Part shown: piece by piece, positions 11,294 through 24,857 of the stretch
How the letters are laid out: every line of letters begins with the position of its first letter
Numbering within the stretch: position 1 is the stretch's first letter
NCBI RefSeq assembly: GCF_016433145.1
Contig: NC_058133.1
Coordinates: forward strand, 191,222,385 to 191,286,384
Source of the DNA: Gracilinanus agilis
Taxonomy: Eukaryota
Direction of reading: 5' to 3'
DNA length: 64,000 nt
Notes under the pieces: generated by a model
The model's input: the letters and a program-made list of their open reading frames with translations, nothing else
What the model was told of the DNA's origin: nothing
Databases searched by the model: none
Translations under genes and position numbers: made by a program

Positions 11294-14200
11294 TTTTTGT
11301 TTCTTTGTTTTAATTTGTTTCTTTTTATTATTAGTGATTTGGAACAATCTTTTTTAAAATCATTTATTAATATTCATTTTTAACATGGTTACATGATTCA
11401 AGCTCCTACTTTCCCCTTCACCCAACCCCCCCGCTGTCCCCCCACCCATAGCTGATGCACATTTCCACTGGTTTTAACATGTGTCCTTTTCAAGACCTAT
11501 TTCCAAACTGTTGATATTTGCATTGGTGTGGTAGTTTCGAGTCCACATCCCCAATCATGTGCTCCTCAGCCCATGCGTTCAAGCATTTGTTTTTCTTATA
11601 TGTTTTCTCTCCTGTAGTTCTTCCTCTGAATGTGGGTAGCTTTCTTTACCATAAATCCCTCAGAGCTGTCCTGTGTCATTGCTTTCCGCTGGTACAGAAG
11701 TCCATTGTATTCGAATTTTACCATAGTATATCAGTCTCTGTGTACAATGTTCTTCTGGCTCTGCTCCTTTCACTCTGCATCATTTCCTGGAGGTCTTTCC
11801 AGTTCACCTGGAACTCCTCCAGTTTATTATTCCTTTTAGCACAATAGTATTCCATCACCCGCATATACCACAATTTCTTCAGTCATTCCCCAATTGAAGG
11901 ACATACCCTCTTTTTCCAGTTTTTTGCCACCACAAAAAGCGCAGCTATAAATATTTTCGTACAAGTCTGTTTATCTATGATCTCTTTGAGGTACAAACCC
12001 AACAATAGTATGGCTGGATCAAAGGGCAGGCATTCTTTTATAGTCCTTTGAGCAGAGATCCAAATTGCCATCCAGAATGGTTGGATCGGTTCACAACTCC
12101 ACCAGCAATGAATTAATGTCCCAATTTTGTCACATCCCCTCCAGCATTCATTACTCTCCCCTTCTTTCATTTTATCCAATCTGCTAGGTGTGAGGTGATA
12201 CCTCAGAGTTGTTTTGATTTGCATTTCTCTAATTAGAGATTTAGAACACTTTCTCATGTGCTTATTGATACTTTTGATTTCTTTACCTGAAAATTACCTA
12301 TTCATGTCTCTTGCCCATTTTTCAATTGGGGAATGGCTTGATTTTTTACAAAATTGATTTAACTCCTTGTATATTTGACTAATTAGACCCCTGTCAGAGT
12401 TTTTCGTTATAAAGATTTTTTCCCAATTTGTTGTTTCCCTTCAGATTTTGACTACATTGTTTTTGTTTGTACAAAAGCTTTTTAGTTTAATATAATCAAA
12501 ACCATTTAATTTACATTTTGTAATTTTCTCTAACTCTTGCTTGGTTTTAAAATCTTTCCTTTCCCAGAGATCTGACAGGTTAACTATTTTGTGTTCACTT
12601 AACTTATTTATAGTTTCCCTCTTTATATTCAAGTCATTCACCCATTCTGAATTTATCTTGGTGTAGGGTGTGAGATGTTGATCTAAACTTAACCTCTCCC
12701 ATATTGTTTTCCAAATTTCCCAGCAGTTTTTGTCAAATAGTGGATTCATGTCCCAAAAGTTGAGCTCTTTGGGTTTATCATATACTGTCTTGCTGATGTC
12801 ATTAACCCCAAGTTTATTCCACTGATCCTCCCTTCTATCTCTTAGCCAGTACCATATTGTTTTAATGACTGCTGCTTTATAGTATGGTTTAATATCTGGT
12901 ACTGCTAGGTCCCCTTCCTTCGCATTTTTTCCCATTATTTCCCTTGATATTCTTGATCTTTTGTTATTCCATATGAAGTTTGTTATAGTTTTTCCTAATT
13001 CAGTAAAGAAGTTTTTTGGTAGTTTGATAGGTATGGCGCTAAAAAAGATGAATTAATTTGGGTAGAATTGTCATTTTTATTATGTTAGCTCGTCCTACCC
13101 ATGAACAATTAATGGCTTTCCAATTGTTGAGATCCAGTTTTATTTGTTTGGAAAGTGTTTTGTAGTTGTTTTCGTATAATTGCTGTGTTTGTTTTGGTAG
13201 ATAGATTCCCAAGTATTTTATACTGTCTAGGGTGATTTTAAATGGTGTTTCTCTTTTTACCTCTTGCTGCTCTAAAGTGTTGGAAATGTATAGAAATGCT
13301 GATGATTTCTGTGCATTTATTTTGTATCCTGTAACTTTGCTAAAGTTGTTGATTATTTCTACCAACTTCTTAGTTGATTCTCTAGGATTTTTAAAGTAGA
13401 TCATCATATCATCTGCAATGAGTGATAGCTTAGTCTCCTCATTGCCTATTTTGATACCTTCAATTTCTTTTTCTTCTCTAATTGCTACTGCTAGTGTTTC
13501 CAGTACTATGTTGAATAATAGAGGTGATAATGGGCATCCTTGTTTCACTCCTGATCTTATTGGGAAGGCTTCTAATTTATCCCCATTGCATATGATGCTT
13601 GTTGATGGTTTTAGGTATATACTCTTTATTATTTTTAGGAAAGGTCCTTTTATTCCTGTACTTTCCAGTGTTTTCAATAGGAACGGATGCTGTATTTTGT
13701 CAAAGGCTTTTTCAGCATCTATTGAGATAATCATGTGGTTTTTGTTTGTTAGACTGTTGATATGGTCAATTATGTGGATGATTTTTCTAATGTTGAACCA
13801 TCCTTGCATTCCTGGTATAAATCCCACCTGATCATGGTGGATGATCTTCTTAATTACTTACTGGAGTCTCTTTGCTAGTATTCTATTTAAGATTTTTGCA
13901 TCCATGTTCATTAGGGAAATTGGTCTATAGTTTTCTTTCTCTGTTTTTAGTCTACCTGGCTTTGGAATCACTACCATATTTGTGTCATAAAAGGAATTTG
14001 GTAGGACTCCTTCTTTGCTTATCATATCAAATAATTTATATAGTATTAGGATTAGTTGCTCTTTGAATGTCTGATAGAATTCACTTTTGAATCCATGAGG
14101 CCCTGGTGATTTTTTCTTAGGGAGTTCTTTGATGGCTTGTTCAATTTCTATTTCTGATATGGGATTATTTAAGTATTCTATTTCTTCTGCTGTTAATCTA

Positions 14201-15512
14201 GGCAACTTATATTTTTGTAAATATTCATCCATATCTCCTAAATTGTTATATTTGTTGCCATATACTAGGGTGAAATATTTCTTAATGATTGCCTTAATTT
14301 CCCCTTCATTAGAGGTGAGGTCTCCCTTTTGATCTTTAATACTGTCAATTTGGTTTTATTCTTTCCTTTTTCTCATAAGACTGACCAGTACTTTGTCTAT
14401 TTTATCTATTTTTTCAAAATACCAGCTTCTAGTCTTATTTATTAATTCAATAGTTCTTTTACTTTCAATTTTATTAATTTCTCTCTTAATTTTTAGTATT
14501 TCTAATTTAGTTTTCATCTGGGAGTTTTTAATTTGCTAGCTTTCTAATTTTTTTAGTTGCATACCCAATTGATTAATTTCTGCCCTCCTTAATTTGTTAA
14601 TATATGCACTCAAGGATATAAATTTCTCCCTGAGTACTGCCTTGGCTGCATCCCACAGAGATTGGTAGGATGTCTCATCATTGTCATTCTCTTCAATGAA
14701 ATTGTTGATTGTTTCTATGATTTCTTCTTTGACAATTTGGTTTTGGAGAATCATATTGTTTAATTTCCAATTGGTTTTTGACTTGGCTGTCCAGGTGCCC
14801 TTACTGATTACTATTTTTATCGCATTATGATCTGAGAAGGTTACATTTATTATATTGGCTCTTTTGCATTTGTTTGCAGTGATTCTGTGCGCTATTACCT
14901 GGTCAATCTTTGTGAATGTACCATTTACAGCTGAAAAGAAGGTGTATTCCTTTTTGTCCCTAACTATTTTTCTCCACATATCAACCAAATCCAATTTTTC
15001 TAGGACTTCATTCACCTCTCTCACCTCTTTCTTATTTATTTTTTGGTTTGATTTGTCTAGATCTGAAAGAGGAATATTTAGATCTCCCACTATAATGATT
15101 TTACTATCTATTTCCTTCTTGAACTCTGCCAGTTTCTTTTTTATGAATTTGGATGCTATACCACTTGGTGCATCTATATTGAGCAGTGTTATTTCCTCAT
15201 TGTTTATACTGCCTTTAATCAGGATGTAATGATCTTCACTGCTTTTTTAATCATATCTATTTTTACTTTGGCTTTGTCAGAAATCATAATAGCCACTCCT
15301 GCCTTCTTTTTCTCATTTGAAGCCCAAAAGATTTTGGTCAAGCCCTTAACCTTAAACGTGTGTATGTCTACCCGCCTCATATGTGTTTCTTGTAGATAAC
15401 ATATGGTAGGATTTTGGTTTCTGATCCACTCTGCTATTTGCTTCCCTTTTATGAGTGAGTTCATCCCATTCACATTCAGAGTTATAATTATCAGTTGTGC
15501 ATTCACTGACAT
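11294..15512 (-). mobile_element. Younger 5'-truncated L1 (ORF2 plus 3' UTR) nested in the full-length L1
   Basis: TSD CATATTGTTTTG at 11282-11293 and 15510-15521; ORF2 fragments 15219-15512, 14536-15090, 13858-14232, 13039-13827, 12441-12935, 11883-12257. Confidence 0.95.
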
Positions 15513-16496
15513 ATTGTTTTGATGACCTCTGCTATGTAGTATAGTTTAATATCTGGTACTGCTGGGCCACCTTCCTTCACGTTTTTTTTTTCATTATTTC
15601 CCTTGATATTCTTGGTGTTTTGTTCTTCCAAATGAACTTTGTTATAGTTTTATCTAATCCAGTAAAAAAAGTTTTTTGGTAGTTTGATAGGTATGGCACT
15701 AAATAGGTAAATTAATTTGGTTGGGATGGTCATTTTTATTATGTAAGCTCATTCTACCCATGAACAATCAATGTTTTTCCAGTTGGTTAGATCTAGTTTT
15801 ATTTGAGTGGAAAGGGTTTCATAGTTGTGTTCGTATAATTTCTGTGTTTGTTCTGGCAGATAGATTCCTAAGAATTTTATATTATCTAGGGTGATTTTAA
15901 ATGTAATTACTCTTTCTAACTCTTCCTGCTGTGATATGTTGTAAATATATAGAAATTCCGATGATTTGTGTGCATATATTTTGTATCCTGAAAGTTTGCT
16001 ATAGTTGTTGATTATTTCCAATAACTTTTTATGTTGAGTCTCTGGGATTTTTAAGTAGATCATCATATCATCTGCAAAGAGTGATAGCTTGGTCTCTTCA
16101 TTGCATATTTTAATGACTTCAATTTCTTTTTCTTCTTTAATTGCTACTGCTAGTGTTTCCAGTACAATATTAAATAACAGAGGCGATGGGGGCATCCTCG
16201 TTTCATTCCTGTTCTTATTGTGAATGCCTCTAATTTATACCCATTGCAGATGATGTTTGTTGATGGTTTTAGATATATACCATTTATTATTTTTAGGAAA
16301 GGCCCTTCTATTCCTAAATTTTCTCGTATTTTCAGTAGGAATGAATGTTGTATTTTGTCAAAGGCTTTTTTAGCATCTATTGAGATAATCATGTGGTTTT
16401 TGTTGGTTTGCTTATTGATATGGTCAATTATGTGGATAATTTTCCTAATGTTGAACCATCCTTGCATTCCTGATATAAATCCCACCTGATCATAAT

Positions 16497-16798
16497 GAAT
16501 AACCCTTGTGATCACTTGCTGGAATATTTTTGCTAGTATTTTGTTTAAGATTTTTGCATCAATGTTTATTAAGGAAATTGGTCTGTAGTTTTCTTTCTCT
16601 GTTTTTGACCTACCCAGCTTTGGGATCAATACCATATTTGTGTCATAGAATAACCCTTGTGATCACTTGCTGGAATATTTTTGCTAGTATTCTGTTTAAG
16701 ATTTTTGCATCAATGTTCATTAGGGAAATTGGTCTGTAGTTTTCTTTCTCTGTTTTTGACCTACCCGGCTTTGGGATCAATACCATATTTGTGTCATA
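16497..16798. repeat. 151-bp direct tandem duplication inside L1 ORF2
   Basis: Units 16497-16647 and 16648-16798; 4 mismatches counted by eye. Confidence 0.92.
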
Positions 16799-19700
16799 GA
16801 AGGGGTCTGGTATAACTCCTTCTTTGCTTATTATGTCAATTAGTTTATATAGTATTTGAATTAGTTGTTCTTGGAAGTTTTGATAGAATTCATTTGTGAA
16901 TCCAACTGCTACTGAGGATTTTTTCTTAGGGAGTTCTTTGATGGCTTGTTCAATTTCTTTTTCTGATGTGGGATTACTTAAGTATTCTATTTCTTCTAAT
17001 GTTAATCCAGGCAATTTATATTTTTGTAAATATTCATCTTTCTCACCTAAGTTGCTATTTTTATTGCCATATAATTGGGCAAAATAGTTTTTAATGATTG
17101 CCTTGATTTCCTCATCATTAGAGGTGAGGTGTCCCTTTTCATCTTTGATACTGATTATTTGGTTTTCTTCTTTCCTTTTTTTAATTAGATTGACCAATTA
17201 GATTTGTCAATTTTATTTATTTTTTCAAAGTACTAGCTTCTAGTCTTATTTATTAATTCAATAGTTCTTTTACTTTCAACTTTATTGACTTCTTCTTTGA
17301 TTTTTAGAATCTCTAATTTAGACTTTAACTGAGAATTTTTAATTTGTTCCCTTTCTAGTTTTTTGATTTGCATGCCCAGTTCATTGATCTTTGCTTTCTT
17401 TAATTTGTTATTATATGCACTCAATGATATAAATTTCCCCCCTGAGTACTGCTTTGGCTGCATCCCACAGAAATTGGTAGGATGTCTCAACATTGTCATT
17501 CTCTTCAATGAAATTATAAATTGTTTCTATGATTTGTTCTTTAACTATCTGATTTTGGAGAATCATATTATTTAATTTCCAATTAGTTTTTGATTTACCT
17601 GTCCATGTGCCCTTACTGATTATTATTTTTATTGCATTATGATCTGAAAAGGTTACATTTATTATTTCTGCTCTTTTGCATTTGCTTGCCATGTTTCTTT
17701 GCCCTATTACATGGTCAATCTTTGTGAATGTACCATGTGCAGCTGAAAAGAAGGTGCATTCCTTTTTGTTCCTATTTATTTTTCTCCACATATCTATCAA
17801 CTCTTATTTTTTGGTTTGATTTATCTAGATATGATAGAGGAATATTTAGATCTTCCACTAGTATGGTTTTACTATCTATTTCATCCTTGAGCTCTTCCAG
17901 TTTCTTCTTTAGAAATTTGTATGCTATACCATTTGGTGTGTACACGTTGAGTACTATTATTTCCTCATTATCTATACTGCCTTTTATCAGGATGTAATTA
18001 CCTTCCCTATCTCTTTTATTCAGATCTATTTTTACTTCAGCTTTATCACAAATCATGATTGCCACTCCTGCTTTTTTTTCTATGTTGAACCCCAAAAGTG
18101 TTTACTCCAGCCCTTGCCCTTAACTCTGTGTATGTCCACCTGCCTCTTGTGTATTTCTTGTAGACAACATATGGTAGGATTTTGTATTCTAATCCACTCT
18201 GCTATTAACTTCTGTTTTATAAGTGAGTTCATCCCATTCATATTCAGGGTTATAATTTTTAGCCATGTATTCCCTAACATTTTGGTATTCTCTCCTAGTT
18301 CTACTCCTTCCTATTACAGTATTTCTTTTTAAACCAGTTGTTTGTTTTAAATCAATACCCCTTGTCCCCTCCCTTGATTTACTCCCCTTTCCATCCCCTC
18401 CCTTTTTATTCTCCTGTTATTATTTTTAAGGCCTAATGAATTCCCTCCTCCCTCTTTTCCCCTCCCTTCAAGAACTCCCCCTCCCTTAATTCCTCCCTTG
18501 GTTTGTCCCTTCTGACTTTACCCATTGGGTTAGATAGAATTTGATATTCTAATGGATCTAACTACTCTTTTCTCTCAGGATTAATTCCACTGAGAGTAAG
18601 GTTTAAGTATTTCTTTTTAAGCTCTCTTCCTCTCCTTCTTATAATAGTATTCCTCCCCTCCCCTTCCCAAGCCCTCTTTGTGTGGTATAGATTATTCTAT
18701 TTTTCTTATTCATTTAAGTTTCTCTTGGTGCCATCTTCTATTCCCCTCCGCATCTCCCCCCCCCCATATCATCTTAGACCATTTAGTATTCCAACTTTTC
18801 CTTATTACTAATTCTTCTAATTACTATAATAGTGAGTATAATTTTTAAAATTACACATAATATTTCTCCATATAGAAATAAAAATAATTTGATCTTACTG
18901 AAGCATAAAGAAGGCAATTTAAAGATCAGAGTGTTCTTTCTTTCCGCTCTCTTTCTTATTTACCTTTTCATGTTTATCTTGGTTTTTGTAGTTGGATATC
19001 AAACTTTTCATTTAGTCCTGGTCTTTTCTGTGCAAATGCTTTGAACTCTTCTATCTTGTTGAATGCCCATACTTTCCCCTGGAAGTATATAGTCAGTTTT
19101 GATGGGTATGTGATCCTTTGTTGTAGACCCAATTCTCTTGCCTTTCTGAATATCATGTTCCAAGCTTTGTGGTCTTGTAGTGTAGAGGCTGCCAGATCCT
19201 GTGTAATCCTGACTGGTGTTCCTTGATATCTGAATTGTCTCTTTCTGGTTTCTTGTAATATTTTCTCCCTAACTTGGAAGCTTTTGAATTTGGCTATTAC
19301 ATTCCTGGGGGTTGTCTTCTGAGGATTTAGAGTAGAGGGTGATCTATGGATCCTTTCAATGTCTATTTTGCCCTTTTGTTTGAGGACATTGGGGCAGTTT
19401 TGTTGGATAATTTCTTATAATACACTATCTAGGTTTCTATTTCTCTAACTTTTCTGGAAGACCAATAATTCTCTTGGTCTATTAACTTCTCATTGATGGT
19501 ACCTTCTATTTTGTCAGTTTTTTGACTTTGCTTTATTAATTCTTGTTGTTTTGTGAGATAATTGGCTTCTCCTTTAGAGACTAGTTTTCAGCTATAATCT
19601 TTTGGTTTTCCTTTTCAATCTGGTCTATTTGGTTCTTCAAGGCTTCCAGCTGGTCATTTCTGGTCTTCAATTTGCTTATCAATTCATTTGATTTCTGAGC

Positions 19701-20619
19701 GTCACTTTCCAATTGCAAAATTCTGCCTTTTATACTGTTATTTTCTTGCCAGATCTCTTCCATCTTTCTCATGATCTCAGATTTGCACTCTTCAAGATCT
19801 TGTGACCCATTTTCATGTTTTTTGGGACAGTTTGTATGTCTTTAATTGTTTGTCCTCCTCTGTTTTCTGTTTTTTTTTTTTCTGTGCAGAAGTTAAGTGT
19901 TTGCGTTTTTTTCTTGGTCTCCTTGTTTATTTCTTGGGCCTTGCTTGGCATCATTATGCTTTATCTGCCAGAAGTCTGAGTAAGGCAATCCGATTCTCTT
20001 TGTATGGAGTTAGGGAGCAGTTTTTGCCCAAGGCTACTTTGTGAGTCTCCTGGCTTCTCTGGGGACCCTCCTGTGGTCTCTGGTCTAGCTATTTCCAGGG
20101 TCAAGCCCCCAAAGTCCTAGCCAGCTGCCCAGAGCCCAGAACTTGGCCCATGCTTGCTCCACCACCTGAGGTATTCCCCTGAGTCTGAGAGCACTGGGTG
20201 CTACTGCTGCCTCTCTCAGCCCCACTCCTGTGTCTAAGGTCTGAGTTTTCCAGCCACCTGGGGTCTCAGGTCTTGCTGCTCTCAGGGGCAAGCTCTTAGT
20301 GATGCCAGTTAGCTGCCAAGGAGCTAGACTTTGTGCCCCCCTCTCTCTAACTCTAGAGCGCAGTCTCTGACTCTGGGACTGTGGGTGGGGTGGGGGAGGG
20401 TTGATCTGCTTGCGTTTTGATGGGAGCTATTCCCACCCCCCCCTTATAGCGTGGAAGTGCCCCAATCCCATGTACCTTTGATATTGTGCCCTATTGTGGG
20501 GTCCCTTCTTTCATCTGGATTTGTTTTTTTGTCCTTTGGAGGTACTCTATATTGGTTGGTAAGGAGAGAAAGTCTCCCTGCCTCTACTCTGCCACCATCT
20601 TAACCTGGAATTCCTCCTG

Positions 20620-21100
20620 GGGAATGTTTTGTATTCTTATACATTTGGCTCAATTCTCCATATGTATTTGAGAAATGGGGCTTTTGTCAGATACACTTGC
20701 TATAATTTTTACCCCAAATTTATTGTTTCTCTTATAATCTTAGTTGCAATGGTTTTATCTGTATGAAACCTTTTTAATTTAATGTAATCAGAATTATGTA
20801 TTTCCTTTTCTTTGGTCATAAATTCTTCCTTTATCTATAAGTCTAATAGTTAAACTTTTCCATGTCCCCCAATTTGTCTATGATGTCACCCTTTATTTCT
20901 AGAGCAAGTATCCATTTTGACTTTATCCTGCTGTATAGTGTGAGATGTTGGTCCATGCCTAATCCCTGCCATATTGCTTTCTAGTTTTCCTAGCAGTTTT
21001 TTCAAATAGTGAGTTCTTTTCCCCAAAGCTTGTATTTTTATGTTTATTGAACACTTAAGTTTCTATGAATGTACTCTATCCATTGATCTACCTCACTGCC
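20620..21100 (-). mobile_element. Old L1 ORF2 fragment, right half of the host
   Basis: Continues the 9181-9346 fragment (gtattcttatacatttggctcaattctc...). Confidence 0.75.
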
Positions 21101-21309
21101 CCATTTAATGAACTATGATTAGAAAATTCCTTTTGCAATTTTAATAAATCTTATTTCTGGTATAAGCTGGATGTTTGACACTGTATATAATGTTACATTT
21201 CTGCAATGCGTGGATGGGTTTTGCTGAACTATTTTTTCTCGTCTCTTTTCTTTTTTACAGTAGGGAATTTTATGGTCAGATATGTACTCAAGGAAAATCA
21301 CTTTTGTTG

Positions 21310-21600
21310 TTATGTTGAGGTGAACTGGAAAAAGTTAAGACTTGAAGTGGAGGAACTAACTAGAAGGTCATTACGATAGTCTAGAAGAGAGTTGATGAGG
21401 GTCAAATGAGAGCAATAATTGTTTAACTGGAGTAAAGGCTATGTATATAAATGATGCCATGGAGCTAGAAATGTAATATTTCATTTCTTGAAGGCAGGGA
21501 ATGTTTTTCTTTTATATTTTGTCTTTGTAACACAAGCACAATGATTTCCATTTAATATATACTAATAAAAATTTGGTTGATTGGATAAAAACAAAAGGCA
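21310..21600. mobile_element. L2 fragments
   Basis: L2-like reverse piece followed by an L2 3' tail (cttgaaggcaggga...taataaaaatttggttgattgga). Confidence 0.55.
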
Positions 21601-21959
21601 GTCTGTCACTAACACCACACTTGAAATTTTCCATTATATTAAAAAACCTGCTGAATTTATGCTCTACTTACAAATATTTTTGAAACCAGGGTTACCTCCA
21701 GGCCACAGTGAAGAATCATAGGAGGTCTTTTTGCTCCCATGACAGGATGGCTTGTATGATAAATATTTTAATAAGTTTTGAATCTTTTAGAAATCTCATA
21801 TCCCTGATAATTTTAACTTCCCAATTTTCAGTCTTTTCCTGCTCCATAATGTCTACTTGATGTCAAGCAAAAATAAATACCACAACTATTCCATATATAG
21901 CTATATCATGAATGAATTAATGAAAAAAACAATCATAATTCCTCTTCCTCCATTCTCTC

Positions 21960-23425
21960 ATGTGAAATATCTTGACATATGCCACTAAAAAAAAGAGGTC
22001 ATCCACCAAAAAGTTCCTCTTAGCTCCTTCTTAGGTGATCCTGCTTTTCTTTACTTTTTAAAAAGTCATTTATTTATTTAAAATCTTTTGCCATGATTTT
22101 GCCATGGTTACATGATTCATCATCTTCCCCACTCCCTTCCCCCTTCCAGGAGCTAACAAACAATTCCACTGGGTTATACATATATCATTGTCTAAAACCT
22201 ATTTACATATTATTCATTTTGTAACAGAATGATCTTTTAACATCAATACCACAATCATATCCCCATCAGACTGTGTGATCAATCATATGATTTTCTTCTG
22301 CATTTTTACTCCCACAGTTCTTTCTCTGGATGTGGATAGTGTTCTTTCTCATAAGTTCCTCTGGATTGCCCTGGATCCATTGCTACTAGTAGAAAAGTCT
22401 ATTACATTCGAGTGTGCCACGGTATATCAGTCTCTATGTGCAGTGTTCTCCTGGTTTTGCTCCTTTCGTTCTGCATCAATTCTTGGAGGTCTTTCCAGTG
22501 GTAATCCTCCTTTTCAAAGCAAAACTTCCTGAACACAGACCCATTGCATTGCATTCTCCATTGATTGACTCTTCTAAATTCCCCAGAGTTTTACTTATTC
22601 TCTATTCTCGATGTCTTGCTCTCTGATGTCTGCTTCACTGCTGACTACAAACATGTTTATGTTTCACTATTCTTAAAAAGTCCTCACTTAATTTGTCCAA
22701 TCCCATTATTCTTCGATCTATGTTTATCCTCCCTCTTATGGCTAAACTCCTTGAGAAAGCTTTCTACAATCAATTCTTCTCATTCCCTTTTTAACTCTCT
22801 GTACTTTCTTTTCTTTTCCATTTTTCTTGTGGAAGCCAAGATGACTTTTTTTCAATTATTTTATTTTTACCACTTACATGTAATAACAAATCTCCACATA
22901 AAATTTCCCAAGTTATATGATTGAATTTATCTCCCTCCCTCCCTTCCCTTCCCCTTTCTAGTGCTAGCAGACAATTTGATCTGGTTTATACATGCGTACT
23001 TCATTTTCTAACTACATGATTAACTAGAAAATAGGCTCATTGAAATAACCAGTGATCTCTAGATTGACAAACGTAGTGAACTTTAATCAATCCTTTTCCT
23101 TTCTGACTACTCTGTACTCTGACACAGTCAGTAGCCCTCTTCCCATTGATACACTCTTTTCCTCAGCTTTTTTTTACAACTCTGTTCTCTCCTGGTTCTC
23201 TTCCTGCTTGTCAGAAAACTCCTACTTTATATCCTTTAATGGGTCTTCATTTAGTCATAGCCATGGGTATCTCTCAAGGCTCTATCCTGGTTGTTCTTCT
23301 TGTATCCCTCTATAATATTTTGCTTGGTAACACCATTATTTCCCATAGATTCAAGTATCATGTCTATGCTGATGATTCTCAGATTTGCTTCTCCATACTT
23401 AACATCTCTTCTGACACACACACAT

Positions 23426-23465
<40 letters not shown>

Positions 23466-23790
23466 CTTGAAGTGAATGATCTGGATATTCTATAGAAAAA
23501 TAAATTTAAATTTTCAAAAAACTAAACTTACTATCTTTCTTAGGTGAATTTTTAGAGGCTGTCCCCAATATCTTTAAGCCAGTGCCTTCAGCCTGCCTGA
23601 GTTACTGTCAATTTATGTGATATATGTCTTCTATAGATATAGTTGTTTTTATTTTGTCTCCTGTATTAGAATGTGAGGTCCTTGAGAAAAAGGACTTTTC
23701 CCTCTTTTTTTGATATCCTATGTGCTTAGTACAAGAATTAGAATTTACTACTTAATAAATGCTTGTTGACTTTACTTGTTGATCTCTGCA
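21960..23790 (+). mobile_element. L2 remnant, part of the duplicated KRTAP cassette, with small L1 3' ends inserted (about 22065-22500 and 22845-23000)
   Basis: tatgctgatgat (YADD) at about 23364; L2 3' tail ttaataaatgcttgttgac; degenerate TSD around the 22065-22500 L1 piece. Confidence 0.75.
23411..23463. repeat. Interrupted (CA)n microsatellite
   Basis: Direct reading. Confidence 0.95.
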
Positions 23791-23819
23791 TTTACTAATC
23801 ATTAAGAAAAAGGTGAAAA

Positions 23820-24075
23820 ATATGTCCAAGGGGTTATAAAATTATGCATATCATTTGTCCAAGCAATAGTCCTTCTGGCACCATACACCAAAGAGATCAA
23901 GGAAAAATAAAATGACCCACATGTTCAAAAATATTGAAAGTTGATCTTTTTGTTGTGGCAAAAGTCTGGAAATTAAGGGGATACCCTTCAATTAGAGAAT
24001 GACTGAATGAGTTGTGGCATATGGTTACAATGGAATACTATTATTCTAAGATAAATGATAAAGAGATGTGGTCAG
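23820..24075 (+). mobile_element. Old L1 ORF2 C-terminal fragment (paralog at about 43600-43900)
   Basis: ccaaagagatcaagg...ttgttgtggcaaaagtctggaaattaagggg...ttgtggcatatg. Confidence 0.7.
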
Positions 24076-24278
24076 GGGAAATGACAACTACTTTCAAAAT
24101 TTCCCCTGACTTTTATTGCAGGGAAAAACCTGTGTTCTCTAGCTTAATTATTTCATACCAAATAAACTTGAATATATCTTGTATGCACATGGACACAACT
24201 TCAGATATATGACTGTTTCAGGAAATCAGAAGAAAACCCTCACCAATGAATAAATATCAACTCTGGAAAAGTAATATT

Positions 24279-24284
24279 TTTATT
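24279..24284 (-). terminator. Poly(A) signal of gene 2
   Basis: AATAAA in a gtaatatttttatt context conserved in genes 3 and 4, with a conserved GU-rich element at 24225-24243. Confidence 0.8.
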
Positions 24285-24614
24285 AAGAAACATACAAGTG
24301 ATAGTACATAACAAAGTTAGGATTTGGATAAAATTGGAATTAATATTTTCTGTTTTGTAGACTTTCTTGAATTGTTGTCTGTCATAAAATGTTGGGTAGA
24401 AACATTCTGATTTTCATCTTCTCAGCACATTAATGTATGGTTTGAATGTCAATTAGAAGTCACAGAACTGGTAGAATCTTTTTTAACCACCACATTAAAT
24501 ATTGATAGATAATCCATATTTTGAAGAGAAGAAAAGGGCAAGTAACATTATTACTTGCATGCTCTCATAGATGGATAAAAATCAATCTGTATGTTCCTTA
24601 TAAGAGCGACAACT

Positions 24615-24813
24615 TGGGGCAGCTGGGTAGCTCAGTGGATTGAGAACCAGGCCTAGAGATGGGAGGTCCTAGGTTAAAATCTGGCCTCAGCCACTTCCCA
24701 GTTGTGTGACCCTGGGCAAGTCACTTGACACTCATTGCCCACCCTTACCACTCTTCTGTCTTGGAGCCAATACACAGCATTGACTCCAAGACTGAAGGTA
24801 GGGTTTAAAAAAA
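24615..24813 (+). mobile_element. tRNA-derived didelphid SINE (SINE1_Mdo-like), antisense in the 3' UTR of gene 2
   Basis: Box A TAGCTCAGTGG at 24628-24638; variant box B GGTTAAAATC at 24672-24681; A tail; 15-bp TSD ATAAGAGC[G/C]ACAACT (24600-24614, 24814-24828); absent from genes 3 and 4. Confidence 0.95.
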
Positions 24814-24857
24814 ATAAGAGCCACAACTATTGGCAAAATGGCTGGAGGGCTGGGTGT

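Larger units (their letters stand above)
9798..20619 (-). mobile_element. Full-length but inactivated L1 (5' UTR about 20000-20619, ORF1 remnants about 18950-19954, ORF2 18280 to about 10140), interrupted by a nested L1
   Basis: ORF-track fragments of ORF1, endonuclease (LKIITLNMNG), RT ([14 protein letters not shown]) and C-terminus; multiple stops and frameshifts; flanked by a 12-bp TSD (9335-9346, 20620-20631). Confidence 0.95.

Noticed and set aside
13039-13827. 262-aa reverse transcriptase ORF as an active or domesticated gene
   Set aside because: It is one fragment of a 5'-truncated L1 ORF2 broken by stops and frameshifts on both sides.
24615-24690. tRNA gene
   Set aside because: Box A and box B belong to a tRNA-derived SINE head with a SINE body, tail and TSD.
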